DNA of 64,000 nt from Candidatus Woesearchaeota archaeon (GCA_016219865.1 JACRKF010000021.1:2224-66223), one strand, 5' to 3'; shown: positions 28,448 to 38,755, numbered from the stretch's first letter. The notes: a model not told the origin generated them from the sequence alone. Made by a program: numbers and translations.

Positions 28448-29137
28448 TTATTTCTTCGCAACATACACAGCCATATTATTAAACTGCCAAACTAAATTAA
28501 TTTCTTTAAATCCAACAGTTTTAAGAAGCTTGAACTGTTCACTTAATCTCATAGGTTTATCATCAATAAATGCATGTTTTAGCCAAACTTGCAGTTCATT
28601 GCCTGAAAGATTATTTTCAAGATAATTTTTATAAATTTGTTTATATTCTTCATTTATCTGTTGATCTTCTGCTTCAATAAAATCACCATTCACAAAAACT
28701 CCATTATTTTTTAACCCAGTATATATTTTCTCAAATATCAACTTTTTCTGCTCATGTGATGAATTGTGGATTGCCACAGCAGAAACAATAACATCAAATT
28801 GTTTGTCAAAAACCATTGTATTGAAATCATCTTTTCGTAGATCAATTCTATCAATATATGCCATTAAGTTTTTCCGAGCATTTTGTATCATTTTATGAGA
28901 AAAATCAACTCCAGTTATTTTTGCTAATGGAAATTTCTTGAATAGTAAAAGCATTCCATGTGCTGTACCAGAACCAAGATCTAATATATCCAGATTACTA
29001 TGAGAATGATACTGCAAAGAATCAACAATTACTTCATGCAATTCATCATTCTTCATTACAACACAATCTGCAATAATATCATAATCATCAATCGTTTTTG
29101 AAAAATGGATATTGATTGGATTGTTTTGGTCTTCCAT
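28448..29137 (-). CDS. class I SAM-dependent methyltransferase
   Basis: Motif I ILDLGSGTAHG. Confidence 0.75.
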   Translation of the reverse strand: MEDQNNPINIHFSKTIDDYDIIADCVVMKNDELHEVIVDSLQYHSHSNLDILDLGSGTAHGMLLLFKKFPLAKITGVDFSHKMIQNARKNLMAYIDRIDLRKDDFNTMVFDKQFDVIVSAVAIHNSSHEQKKLIFEKIYTGLKNNGVFVNGDFIEAEDQQINEEYKQIYKNYLENNLSGNELQVWLKHAFIDDKPMRLSEQFKLLKTVGFKEINLVWQFNNMAVYVAKK

Positions 29138-29222
29138 AGAGTAAGAATAATCTTGTGGATTATAAAGATTTTTAATCTGATAATTCTTCTACTAAACACT
29201 CTCTGCCAAAATTGCCCAACAT

Positions 29223-29262
29223 GGAGAATTTTGCAAGAATTGTTATTCTTGTAAAATTCTCC
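29223..29262. repeat. palindromic repeat, family A, copy (ggagaattttgcaagaat-tgtt-attcttgtaaaattctcc)
   Basis: 18-bp arms with one mismatch. It abuts the mutL stop codon. Confidence 0.7.
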
Positions 29263-30960
29263 TTACTCTTTCCTCTTAAACTTCTTCTCAAGTTCATACA
29301 ATGAATAATGTATTATTGCTGGACGTCCATGCGGGCAAGTGAATTTATTTTCGCATTGAAACAATTCTTCCAGAATTCTATAGATCTCTGGAAATTCTAA
29401 TACATCATGCGCTTTTACTGCGCTTCTGCAAGCTGCTCGTGCTATTCTCTCCTCCTTAATTTCCTCAATTTTCACCGTTTCGCCAAGATTTAATTCATCA
29501 ATAACATCATAGATTAATTGTTTCTGTTGTGTTCTTCCAAAAACAGAAGGTAATGAGCGAAGCAGATAACTATCATTACCAAATAACTCAAGATTAAACC
29601 CAGTGCTTTGCAGCAATTCAATATTCTGCTCTATAATAACGCGTTCATTTGGTGTTACATGCAACACAATTGGTGTTAATAATTGCTGCGCATGTATATG
29701 CTTATCTTTGCATTCTTGCAAGAATTTCTCATACATAACTCTTTCATGCGCTGCATGCTGATCAATCAGAAGCATTCCTTTTTCATCTTCTGCAATGATA
29801 AATGTATTATGTATCTTTCCAATTAATCGTATATTCAACACTTGTTTTAAAGGTAATAAAGACGGCGCTTGCGTGAATGCAGTTTGATATTCAATAAACT
29901 GCCCTGCTGAGGACAATATAAGTTTTGCATCAATCTCTTTTGGTCTTGATTCAATCACTTCCGGAATCAAATTTTCTTCAACTAAGCAATCGATAACTGC
30001 TTTCTTTATTGCTTCATAGATTAAATATTCTTTATCAACTCTGACAATTGATTTTGAAGGATGCACATTAACATCAACTTTCTGCGGCAGAATAGTTATA
30101 TTTAAAATAAAGATCGGATGCCTTCCATGAAACAAGAAAGTGCCATAACCATCATAAACAGCTTTGTTAAGAACATAATTTTTAATATACCTTTTATTAA
30201 TGTACAAGCTTTGATATTCTTTATCTGTCCTTGCTGCATTTGGCTTGCCGATATAACCATTAATCTCAACATCGCCATTTGCAAAGTTAACAGCCAGAAA
30301 CTCTTTTGTTAAATCTCTGCCATATATTGTTATAATATTATTCAGCAGATCTGTTGTAGACGGTGAATTAATAATTGTCTTCCCATTATGCGTCAACAGA
30401 AAATGCATCTCTGGATGGATTAATGCATAACGAGTAATGATATCAATAATATGATTAAATTCCACTGCAATTCCTTTCAGATGTTTTTTTCGCGCAGGAA
30501 CATTGTAAAAAAGATCAGAAACAGCAATCATTGTGCCTTGTTTTGCGCTGACATATTCCTGCTTTAAAACAATGCCATTTTCAACTGTTATTGAAACACC
30601 AACATCATTTTCTTTTGTTTTTGTTATCATTTCAAGCTTAGCAATTGAAGCAATACTTGCTAATGCTTCTCCTCGAAATCCAAGAGTTGTAATCTGAAAC
30701 AAATCCTGAAGATTATTTAATTTTGATGTAGTATGGCGCTGTATACTCATCACAACATCATCTTTCTCAATACCTGATCCATTGTCACTCACTTTAACAA
30801 GAGATTTCCCGCCTTCAATAACTTCAATGGAAATATGTGTTGCTTCTGCATCAATTGCATTCTCAACCAATTCTTTTACAACAGAAGCAGGTCTTTCAAT
30901 AACTTCTCCAGCTGCAATCTTATTTATTAAATCTTTATCAAGTTCTTTTATTTTACTCAT
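29263..30960 (-). CDS. mutL: DNA mismatch repair protein MutL (with endonuclease motif)
   Basis: GHKL motifs ELVENAIDA, DNGSGI and GFRGEAL are present. The C-terminal DQHAAHERVMYEKF is the DQHAxxExxxxE nicking motif. Confidence 0.9.
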   Translation of the reverse strand: MSKIKELDKDLINKIAAGEVIERPASVVKELVENAIDAEATHISIEVIEGGKSLVKVSDNGSGIEKDDVVMSIQRHTTSKLNNLQDLFQITTLGFRGEALASIASIAKLEMITKTKENDVGVSITVENGIVLKQEYVSAKQGTMIAVSDLFYNVPARKKHLKGIAVEFNHIIDIITRYALIHPEMHFLLTHNGKTIINSPSTTDLLNNIITIYGRDLTKEFLAVNFANGDVEINGYIGKPNAARTDKEYQSLYINKRYIKNYVLNKAVYDGYGTFLFHGRHPIFILNITILPQKVDVNVHPSKSIVRVDKEYLIYEAIKKAVIDCLVEENLIPEVIESRPKEIDAKLILSSAGQFIEYQTAFTQAPSLLPLKQVLNIRLIGKIHNTFIIAEDEKGMLLIDQHAAHERVMYEKFLQECKDKHIHAQQLLTPIVLHVTPNERVIIEQNIELLQSTGFNLELFGNDSYLLRSLPSVFGRTQQKQLIYDVIDELNLGETVKIEEIKEERIARAACRSAVKAHDVLEFPEIYRILEELFQCENKFTCPHGRPAIIHYSLYELEKKFKRKE

Positions 30961-30990
30961 AATAAAAAGGAGAACGAAGAATGATTTAAA

Positions 30991-32379
30991 TTAATTGTGA
31001 TTTAATACCTGATTCAGATTATGGTTGCCTTTATCACTAATACCATATCTTTCTCTAACAATTCTTTCTTCTCTATCAGTTAAGCGAGATAATAGTTGTT
31101 TTAATCTAAAACTATCATCTTTTACAAGAGCAGAATCATCAGCTGAAACTGATGCTGTATTCTCAAGCACATCATAATAAGTCATTTCTTTTCCTGTACC
31201 AACGGCATCATCAAGTGAAGTAAGTGTTAATCGTTTTTTGTATTCATCATATGTTTTTTCATCAAGATACTTCCTTTTGCCTGTTATTTCCATCTCATAC
31301 TCTAAATCTTCAAAAGTTCTATGCTTTCTTTCTATCTCTCTATAAGTTGCTGCAAATTTCTCTTGCGCATGCACAGGAGTGCGTATAGTCTTATTCTGAT
31401 CTATAATTGCGCGAGTTACTGCTTGCTTTATCCACCATGTTGCATATGTTGAAAATTTATATCCTCTCTGCCCATCAAATTTTTCTACTGATTTCATTAA
31501 TCCAGTATTTCCTTCTTGAATTAAATCAGAAAGAGTCATATTGTCCAATAAATGAGTGTATTTCTTCGCAATTGAAACAACAAGACGAAGATTTGCATTA
31601 ACAAATTTATTGCGAAGTGAGAAATATTCTCTAAGATCTCTGCCTATGGAAATAAGATCCTCCTTGTAAGCATTATGTATTCTAAATGCTCTTGCATTCC
31701 CAGCTAAAGAATCACCTAATTTATTTTCATAAAACTCCATATAATGACAAGCTGCTGCCTTAAACAAAGAATATGAATTAAAATAAAATGAAGGATCAAC
31801 ACCAAAATCAATGATCTCTTTAAGAAATTCTTTTCCATACTCTACTTTTCTAGCAACAGATGGAATTATTCTGCCATATTTCAACCTTTTTTCACCCAAT
31901 ACCGGGATAATTTCTAAATAAAAGCTTTCAACTGCTTTACGCATTTGATCATATACATTACCATCTTTTTCTACCTCGCCTTTATCAGTTACTTGTTCTT
32001 CATCTTCATTACTTTCTTGAATATAACCCTGTTGTTCAGCATCGCCATTATCAACTTTCTGTTTAGAAATTGCATAAGCAACTCTTTTCTCTAAACGAAA
32101 AACTTTTAACAATGGTTGAAGAACATATTCTGGATTTATACCATAAACTTTTCCGATAAAAGAACTTCTCACTTCACGAAGTCTTTGGGAAAGATTAATT
32201 TCTTCATCTCTTGTTAGTAATTTAATTGCGCCCATACTTTTCATATAAGTAGAACAAGAATCTGAATCAATAAGTTCAGAACCATTAGGCCGAGAATCAC
32301 CTGGAATATAAATACCCTCTGCATAATCATCTAATCCTAATGCATGAATTCTATTCTCCAACCCCACAATCTCTTCCAT
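30991..32379 (-). CDS. bacterial-type sigma-70 family protein (regions 1.2, 2, 3, 4.1), apparently lacking the region 4.2 recognition helix
   Basis: Region 2 [11 protein letters not shown]...[41 protein letters not shown] is nearly identical to the RpoD consensus. Region 1.2 ([16 protein letters not shown]) and region 4.1 ([15 protein letters not shown]) are present. The ORF ends right after NLNQV. Confidence 0.8.
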   Translation of the reverse strand: MEEIVGLENRIHALGLDDYAEGIYIPGDSRPNGSELIDSDSCSTYMKSMGAIKLLTRDEEINLSQRLREVRSSFIGKVYGINPEYVLQPLLKVFRLEKRVAYAISKQKVDNGDAEQQGYIQESNEDEEQVTDKGEVEKDGNVYDQMRKAVESFYLEIIPVLGEKRLKYGRIIPSVARKVEYGKEFLKEIIDFGVDPSFYFNSYSLFKAAACHYMEFYENKLGDSLAGNARAFRIHNAYKEDLISIGRDLREYFSLRNKFVNANLRLVVSIAKKYTHLLDNMTLSDLIQEGNTGLMKSVEKFDGQRGYKFSTYATWWIKQAVTRAIIDQNKTIRTPVHAQEKFAATYREIERKHRTFEDLEYEMEITGKRKYLDEKTYDEYKKRLTLTSLDDAVGTGKEMTYYDVLENTASVSADDSALVKDDSFRLKQLLSRLTDREERIVRERYGISDKGNHNLNQVLNHN

Positions 32380-32414
32380 TATATCCCCAAATATAAAGGA
32401 GATTAGATGAGTAT

Positions 32415-33509
32415 TTAATGATTATTATTTTTAACACGTTCAAATTCCTTTAGATAATGCTTTGCAATCTCAGCATCATGAATAATAATTATATTTTCAT
32501 CATTATTTTCATCGCCATTTTTTGTGGGATTATAACTGCCTGTAATTACAACACTTTCATCTACAATGAAAACTTTATGATGCAGTTTGTATTTATTATT
32601 ATCAAAAATAACTGAGATATTTGCATCTTTTAATTTCTGATACTCAGTAAACTGGTTATTTTGTGATTTATCAAAAACACCTTCAATAACAATGCCTTGC
32701 TTTGATTTCTGAAGTAATAAATTCCCAATATTATCAGACGTAAAAGAAAAGACCATAAAATAAATGCTTTCATTTGCTTTTTCAAGAGTTTCAATAACTT
32801 TTTGTTCACATTTATCCTCAGGACAGAAATGATTATCAATTTCAATTAATGTGATATTTAATATTGTATTTAAGAAGTTACTTTGATTAAGCATAATGCG
32901 AGGATACTTCACTTTTTCTCCTTTCCCAAACTCCCCATTCCATAATTCTCTAAATTCATCATTATAATTCTCAGCAATCTTCAAAGAGTTTATAACAACT
33001 AGATTATTGTCATTTTTATAAATATCATTATCAGTTGGATTCATGCTTCCAGTAAATACTCTCAAATTATCAAACACGCAGAACTTATTATGCATCAACT
33101 GATTGCCATCATCAAACTTAAATACATTGCCTTGAAGGTTTTCTTTATTATCATTATCAACTACAACTCTTACAAAAACATTCTGTTGCGCTTTCTGCTG
33201 CAAAGCTTGCAGAATATCTTGATTGTCAAGATCGTACAATGCGCAGCTAATCGACGCATTTGCTGAGTTTATTAGCTCAACAACTTTCTCAAGACAATTT
33301 TGTGTTTGACAGAAATAAACATCAATTGAACCATTATCAAAGACAGGAATTATTTGTTTTTGTGCTTCTTTTATAGAATCCTCAGTTATTGCATCAGTGC
33401 TTCCATCGTGTATAAATATTGTTTTAAAAAGTGTGATTATTGCTGCTGTTAGAAATATCAAAACGATAAATATAATAAAAAAACGCAGCCAGAATGATGC
33501 CGTCTTCAT
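32415..33509 (-). CDS. phospholipase D-family protein with two HKD motifs and an N-terminal TM helix
   Basis: The two HKD motifs are HNKFCVFD...GSMN and HHKVFIVD...GSYN. A transmembrane helix spans residues about 8-28. Confidence 0.75.
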   Translation of the reverse strand: MKTASFWLRFFIIFIVLIFLTAAIITLFKTIFIHDGSTDAITEDSIKEAQKQIIPVFDNGSIDVYFCQTQNCLEKVVELINSANASISCALYDLDNQDILQALQQKAQQNVFVRVVVDNDNKENLQGNVFKFDDGNQLMHNKFCVFDNLRVFTGSMNPTDNDIYKNDNNLVVINSLKIAENYNDEFRELWNGEFGKGEKVKYPRIMLNQSNFLNTILNITLIEIDNHFCPEDKCEQKVIETLEKANESIYFMVFSFTSDNIGNLLLQKSKQGIVIEGVFDKSQNNQFTEYQKLKDANISVIFDNNKYKLHHKVFIVDESVVITGSYNPTKNGDENNDENIIIIHDAEIAKHYLKEFERVKNNNH

Positions 33510-33901
33510 TTTTTAAACTTCCTGATTAGCAAGTGCAAATCCAGAATTATCTGCTTTGCTTCACTTTCACTTGCTTTTTTGCCGTAATAATTGATTCCAT
33601 TTCTTATCTTACGCAATTTGTCAAACAAATCAGCTTCATAAGATAAATGAAGAACTTCCTTTAGAAATGATGTATAACATTCATGATTGTAAATTTTATA
33701 GCCTTTTTCCAATGCAAGAGCTTCTAAACTTTCTCTTAATGCATCATACAAGAGAGTAATCTTTCCAATATAATATTTATCAGCTAATGCTTCAGCCGAT
33801 TGTATCTTCATCTCAGCAATTTCCCTTGTTGAAAGTATTAGATTTTTATCTTCTTTAACATCTTTGACTATTCTTTTATTAATACATTCTTTCCAATCCA
33901 T
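33506..33901 (-). CDS. HEPN-domain protein (partner of the upstream MNT)
   Basis: R-x4-N/H-type HEPN motif (LRKIRNGINYYG). The ORF-track start at 33916 is GTG; ATG at 33901. Confidence 0.6.
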   Translation of the reverse strand: MDWKECINKRIVKDVKEDKNLILSTREIAEMKIQSAEALADKYYIGKITLLYDALRESLEALALEKGYKIYNHECYTSFLKEVLHLSYEADLFDKLRKIRNGINYYGKKASESEAKQIILDLHLLIRKFKK

Positions 33902-33902
33902 T

Positions 33903-34415
33903 TTACCAACTTCCACTTAAAGTATATCCATTAAGTATATTATGGAGAAGTTCTTTGTTTGTTACATTCTCCATCCTATGAAATTGCATTACTTGTATTT
34001 CTCTTTTTAGAATTTTTTCATATTTTTTTAGATCTAGTTTCTTATCAGTTGGTGTAAAAACAGCAATATCTATATCTGAATCTGATCTTGCCTCTGCTTT
34101 TGATAACGAACCAAAAAGTATAATGACTGGATTTAGCAGTTCATTTTCGAAATAATCAAGCATTCCTGATTTTTCAAGAATAGATCTCCAATAGAGCCTT
34201 GATAAATCAATAAAGAACTGAGAGTCTTTATTTGCATAATAATATATATACAATTTATCTACTTCCTTTTTTAAGATTTTCTCGATAAAGAAAGTATCAA
34301 GAAGTTTAGATGCTGTTGGTGGACTTATCTTTTGCATTCTTGCATATTCTCTGACATTGATTCTCCTATAATTATCTTCCATAAACGATTTCAATCTGTT
34401 AATTATTTCTAACAT
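33903..34415 (-). CDS. minimal nucleotidyltransferase (MNT) with an N-terminal wHTH
   Basis: GSLSKAEARSDSDIDIAVF matches the GS-x9-DxD nucleotidyltransferase motif. Confidence 0.75.
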   Translation of the reverse strand: MLEIINRLKSFMEDNYRRINVREYARMQKISPPTASKLLDTFFIEKILKKEVDKLYIYYYANKDSQFFIDLSRLYWRSILEKSGMLDYFENELLNPVIILFGSLSKAEARSDSDIDIAVFTPTDKKLDLKKYEKILKREIQVMQFHRMENVTNKELLHNILNGYTLSGSW

Positions 34416-34729
34416 GTGTTAAAGTATGCAACACTAGTATTTAAATTTATTGTTAAAATAAGTAAACACTTGTTAAATACAATTTACACATAAGATTTAT
34501 AAATAATCTATGGTTTCTATTTCTTGGTGATAATTTTGGAAAGAAGTTCATATAAAATAAATGAAAGATTAGATTTAGAATTAAATGGAATATTAGAACA
34601 ACCAGAAAGAATATCTCAGAGAACTCGCATCAAGAATTGATATCAAATATATTAGTTCAGCGCCAAAGAGCCAACCAAATCAATAGCAATTATACATTTA
34701 CTATTCTTTATTTTTTAAGATAAAACTAG

Positions 34730-36508
34730 CTATATCTCCTTCACCATATACGCACCTTCTAGATGATACCCTAACTTCTTATAATATCCTCGCGTGCCAA
34801 CTGCAGAGATTACGACAATCTTATTTTTTCTATTCTGCCGCGCAATCTCCTCAGCTTTCTGCATCAGTTTTTTGCCAATGCCCTTATGCTGCACAACAGA
34901 TTCTTCGACAGCAGTATCGCCGATTGCCTCTGCTTCTCCATAGACATGCAATTCTCTGATTAATGCAGACGTTTTTGTAATCTCTTTCCTCAAAAATTGT
35001 GAAGGAAACCTTAACCGAACAAACCCCAACAGAATATCCTGCTTTTTGTCCTCATAAGAAATAAAAAACTCTTTGCCATTGCTTGCTTCATATTCTTCAA
35101 CAAGAATCTCTGGATTTCTTGGCAATAATCCCTTTTTATTATACACATGTCCAACTTCTCTGCAGCGAATACAATGACAAACAGGATTTAACTCATCAAC
35201 ATATTGCCGTAAATTTGTTCTATCAACGCCGCCATCTATCATTTTTGTAGGAATATCTCGCTGCACTCGCATGATTCTGCAATATCTTGCAACAAATGGT
35301 TTAAACTCAGCAATCAATTGCGCAGCATCTTTTGTAGTCAAAGGAACAAATCTACCCTCTTGCCATAGTTTATACAACTCAGTGCCTTTAAACACCATGC
35401 ATGGATAAATTTTCAACATGTCTGGCTTATAATCAGAATTGTTAAAGAGCTGTTTCATTCCAGCAAGATCCATCTTTTTTGTTGTTTCAGGCAATCCAGG
35501 CATATAATGAAAGTTTAATTTAAACCCAAGATCTTTTAAGATTCTAACTGCTTCAATATTATCTGCAACAGTATTTCCTCGTTTAATATATTTTAAAACA
35601 TTATCATAAACACTCTGCACGCCAATCTCTACTCGCGTGCAACCAAGCTCTAGCATAAAATTAGCTTCATCGAGCTTTGCGCAATCACTTCTTGTTTCTA
35701 ATGTTATGCCAACACATTTGATAAAAGAAGTTTGATTTCTCTCCTTTTCTTTCGCAAGTGTTGTCTCACCCTTAAGTTTCAAAAGTTTTTCCTGAATATT
35801 CTTTGTTCTCTGCTTGTCACCAACTGCTCCAGGCAATTCAAAAAACTTCCTAAACTTTACAACATCAAATCTTTTTTTTGCAAAAAAAAGATTTGAGAAA
35901 TCATTCATAGCTTTGAATGCATAGGTAATAAATTGCTCTTGATATTTTCTAGCAAAACTTGTAAATGTGCCGCCCATAACAATCAACTCAACTTTATCAA
36001 AATTATGACCAAGCACAACATATTGTTCTAACCTATTAAAAACTTGCAGATAACTGTCATAATTATTACGAATACCTCTCATAGTGCTTGGCTCATGTCC
36101 TGTATAAGATTTTGGCACAGTTCCAAATGGCGAATTAGGCCCGCCAGGACAATAGATGCATTGCGCTTGTGTCGGACAAGCATATGGCGCTGACATGATT
36201 GCTGCAACACTTACTCCTGAAATTGATCGCGTTGGTTTTGTCTGCAAATGTTTAAGATTAGGCAAATCTTTAGCAGGAGCTTCAAGCAATATCTGGATAT
36301 TAGTTGGAGGAGCTTTAATGCCATATTTTTTGCAGAGTTTGTTTTTTAAAGAATTAATCTTATCTTGATTGAGTGATTTCTGTTTAAGAGTTTTAAGCAG
36401 CTCTTTATAGAATGCAAACTTGTTTTGCTTGTTCTTCTTTAGTTGAACAAGAGTTATCTTTTCTACGTTGTTATTGCCATTATTATTATTGTTGATTTGC
36501 TGTAACAT
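34730..36508 (-). CDS. elp3: tRNA uridine(34) acetyltransferase Elp3 (radical SAM + GNAT)
   Basis: Radical-SAM motif CIYCPGG. The C-terminal GNAT carries GIGKKLM. The N-terminus has an Asn-rich extension. Confidence 0.85.
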   Translation of the reverse strand: MLQQINNNNNGNNNVEKITLVQLKKNKQNKFAFYKELLKTLKQKSLNQDKINSLKNKLCKKYGIKAPPTNIQILLEAPAKDLPNLKHLQTKPTRSISGVSVAAIMSAPYACPTQAQCIYCPGGPNSPFGTVPKSYTGHEPSTMRGIRNNYDSYLQVFNRLEQYVVLGHNFDKVELIVMGGTFTSFARKYQEQFITYAFKAMNDFSNLFFAKKRFDVVKFRKFFELPGAVGDKQRTKNIQEKLLKLKGETTLAKEKERNQTSFIKCVGITLETRSDCAKLDEANFMLELGCTRVEIGVQSVYDNVLKYIKRGNTVADNIEAVRILKDLGFKLNFHYMPGLPETTKKMDLAGMKQLFNNSDYKPDMLKIYPCMVFKGTELYKLWQEGRFVPLTTKDAAQLIAEFKPFVARYCRIMRVQRDIPTKMIDGGVDRTNLRQYVDELNPVCHCIRCREVGHVYNKKGLLPRNPEILVEEYEASNGKEFFISYEDKKQDILLGFVRLRFPSQFLRKEITKTSALIRELHVYGEAEAIGDTAVEESVVQHKGIGKKLMQKAEEIARQNRKNKIVVISAVGTRGYYKKLGYHLEGAYMVKEI

Positions 36509-36537
36509 AATTATATAAAAAACAAGAAGGATTTATA

Positions 36538-37176
36538 ATGATAACCAAAAAAAGAAAGGTTTATATAGTTCCAACCCATAACTATAGTTATATGGAGAAT
36601 CCGCATAGTTTCAAAACAATACAGTTGTTATATAATGAAACCGCAGAAAAAAGAATATTAAGAAGACTTTTTCTTGATCCTAATAAAGAGTTTAGTTTAT
36701 CTGATCTTGCAACGCAGTCTTCTATGCGAAAAGAAAACATTGGAAAGATTTTAAAACATTTTGAAAAGAATGATTTGATCACAATAGCAAGACTGAAAAC
36801 AATTTGGCAGATACGTGCAAACCAGCAAAATAGCTTATTTATAAGAATGAAGATAGTCCATAATTTGCAGAACATTTACAATTCAGGTTTAGTTGACTTT
36901 CTGAATGAATATTACAACAATCCAAAAGCAATTGTCCTCTTTGGAAGTTATAGGAAAGGTGAAGATATTTCAACATCAGACATTGATATTGCAGTCGAGG
37001 ATGATTCAATTAAAGAATATAAGATACTTGAATTAAAAGAACTGAAAGAAATAGAAAAACATCTGCAAAGAAAAATACAGGTTCATTTATTCAATAGAGC
37101 AGATATAAACAAGAATGTATTCAGCAATATTGCCAATGGCATTGTGTTATTTGGTTTTTTAGAGGTTAATCTATGA
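36538..37176 (+). CDS. nucleotidyltransferase (MNT) with an N-terminal wHTH
   Basis: LFGSYRKGEDISTSDIDIAV. 4-bp overlap with the next gene. Confidence 0.7.
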   Translation: MITKKRKVYIVPTHNYSYMENPHSFKTIQLLYNETAEKRILRRLFLDPNKEFSLSDLATQSSMRKENIGKILKHFEKNDLITIARLKTIWQIRANQQNSLFIRMKIVHNLQNIYNSGLVDFLNEYYNNPKAIVLFGSYRKGEDISTSDIDIAVEDDSIKEYKILELKELKEIEKHLQRKIQVHLFNRADINKNVFSNIANGIVLFGFLEVNL

Positions 37177-38009
37177 GACAAGAAATGATTGATATTTTGG
37201 TTAAGAGAGGAGCATTACGAATAAAACAAACAGATGAAGAAAAGATAAAATCATTAGTTAGCTCAATTATAAGAGATGTTAAAGTTGCAAAAAGTATTCC
37301 AATAAACAACGAAAGTACAAGAGTGATCTTCCGAGAGATGTATGAAGCTATCCGCCAGCTTGGCGATGCAAGATGGTGGAGATTAGGATATGAACCATTG
37401 AATCATGAAGTCAGTATGGAGATTCTGCAAAAGATAGATATAACTGAGAATTTCAAATTAAACTTTCTGAACCGATTTAAACATATCAGGCATGATGTTA
37501 ATTATCGTGGCTGCCAAGTCACAATAGAACAAGTGCAACAGATCTTAGATTTTTGGAATAGCTGCAGTAAAGAGATAATTGACAGCATTCTCAGCTTAAA
37601 GATTCTTTTCATCTGCAAAGCAAATGTTGGCAGAAGCCAGATGGCAACTGCTTTTTTTAATTCACTTTCAAAGAAAAACAAAGCAATTGGCGTTGGAACG
37701 CATGTTGGTGAAAACGCTGGAAAACCATTGCACGAATTTGTTATAAAATGTATGGCTGAAGAAAGTTATGATTTATCCAAGAATACTCCGCAACAATTAA
37801 CAGAAGAAACTGCTAACACTGCTGACAAAATAATTGTAATAACAGAAAAAGAAAATCTTCCCATATATTTGAAGAATAATCCAGAAATTGTTTCTAAAAT
37901 TGTTTTCTGGGATATTCCTGATGCAAAAGATAAGACCTATAAGTTTCATTGCAAAATACGAGATGAGATTAAAGAATTAGTTGAAAAGTTAGTAGAAGAG
38001 ATTGGATAG
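37173..38009 (+). CDS. HEPN-like N-terminal domain fused to a low-molecular-weight phosphotyrosine phosphatase / ArsC-like domain
   Basis: The N-terminal R-x-x-H motif (RFKHIRHDVNY) is HEPN-like. The C-terminal ILFICKANVGRSQMA is a C-x5-R(S) P-loop. Confidence 0.6.
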   Translation: MRQEMIDILVKRGALRIKQTDEEKIKSLVSSIIRDVKVAKSIPINNESTRVIFREMYEAIRQLGDARWWRLGYEPLNHEVSMEILQKIDITENFKLNFLNRFKHIRHDVNYRGCQVTIEQVQQILDFWNSCSKEIIDSILSLKILFICKANVGRSQMATAFFNSLSKKNKAIGVGTHVGENAGKPLHEFVIKCMAEESYDLSKNTPQQLTEETANTADKIIVITEKENLPIYLKNNPEIVSKIVFWDIPDAKDKTYKFHCKIRDEIKELVEKLVEEIG

Positions 38010-38058
38010 AAGTTTAGTAGAAAAGATTCAATAGAAACCGATAGATTTTAAAAATAAC

Positions 38059-38476
38059 TTATACCTTCACACCCAACTTCTTCAAATCATCTTTCAATTG
38101 CTCTGCATCCTGAAAAAGTATTCCATGGATACCAACTGCATTTGCGCCATCAACATATTTCTGCATGTCATCAATAAAAACAGTTTCTTCTGGTTTGCAA
38201 TTAATTTTTTGCAGAGCAATTTTATAAATTTCTGGCTGTGGTTTTACAAAGATAATCTTGCGGCAGTGGTTTATTCAACAGCTGCTGTATTCTCTGCCAA
38301 ACCTCTTCTTCATCAATCAACCCTCGTTGAAATGCTTTATCGTTCAGTGCTTTATCATAAGCTTGTTTTGCAGTTTCTAATGAAACATTAAAAGAATGAG
38401 CAATTTCTTCTGTAACAATATAATCAGTTTTATTTACTACAACTCCACCCATGTCAAAGATAACAGCTTTTATCAT
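38059..38476 (-). pseudogene. HAD-superfamily hydrolase disrupted by a frameshift
   Basis: The N-part, complement(38222..38476), reads MIKAVIFDMGGVVV (motif I). The C-part, in another frame at complement(38059..38274), reads KPQPEIYKIALQKINCKPEETVFIDD...ANAVGI (motifs II/III). The two frames overlap around 38225-38275. Confidence 0.6.
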
Positions 38477-38544
38477 TCTTTTTTGAATTCTTTAGTTATT
38501 TATTAATTTTCTGCAAGATTTCCCCTGCTCGAATTGCCTGGCTA

Positions 38545-38573
38545 GGAGAATTTTGCACTTTTGCAAAATTCTC
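38545..38573. repeat. palindromic repeat, family A, copy (ggagaattttgca-cttt-tgcaaaattctc)
   Basis: Left flank cgaattgcctggctag resembles the flank of the 43120 copy. It lies inside a doubtful 78-aa ORF (38496..38732). Confidence 0.7.
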
Positions 38574-38755
38574 TTGATTATCTTCTTTTACCTTCTTTCG
38601 TAGTTCTATGTACTTTTTCCATTCTAAATAAACATCATCATTGCTTTTTGATTTATTTTCATCATGGATGCATTGTTCTTGATTTTCATTGTTGAATTGT
38701 TCTTCTTGATTGATATCTTCCACAATAATCACACTCTTATCTTAGTTTAACATTA

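Noticed and set aside
30961-30990. Frameshifted continuation of the sigma-70-like gene encoding region 4.2
   Set aside because: Only 30 bp separate its stop from the mutL start, and no alternative frame continues the HTH. The truncation appears real at the sequence level.
38496-38732. 78-aa minus-strand ORF between the HAD pseudogene and the P-type ATPase
   Set aside because: It contains a family A palindromic repeat copy and has no motif. It is probably intergenic and was kept only as context.
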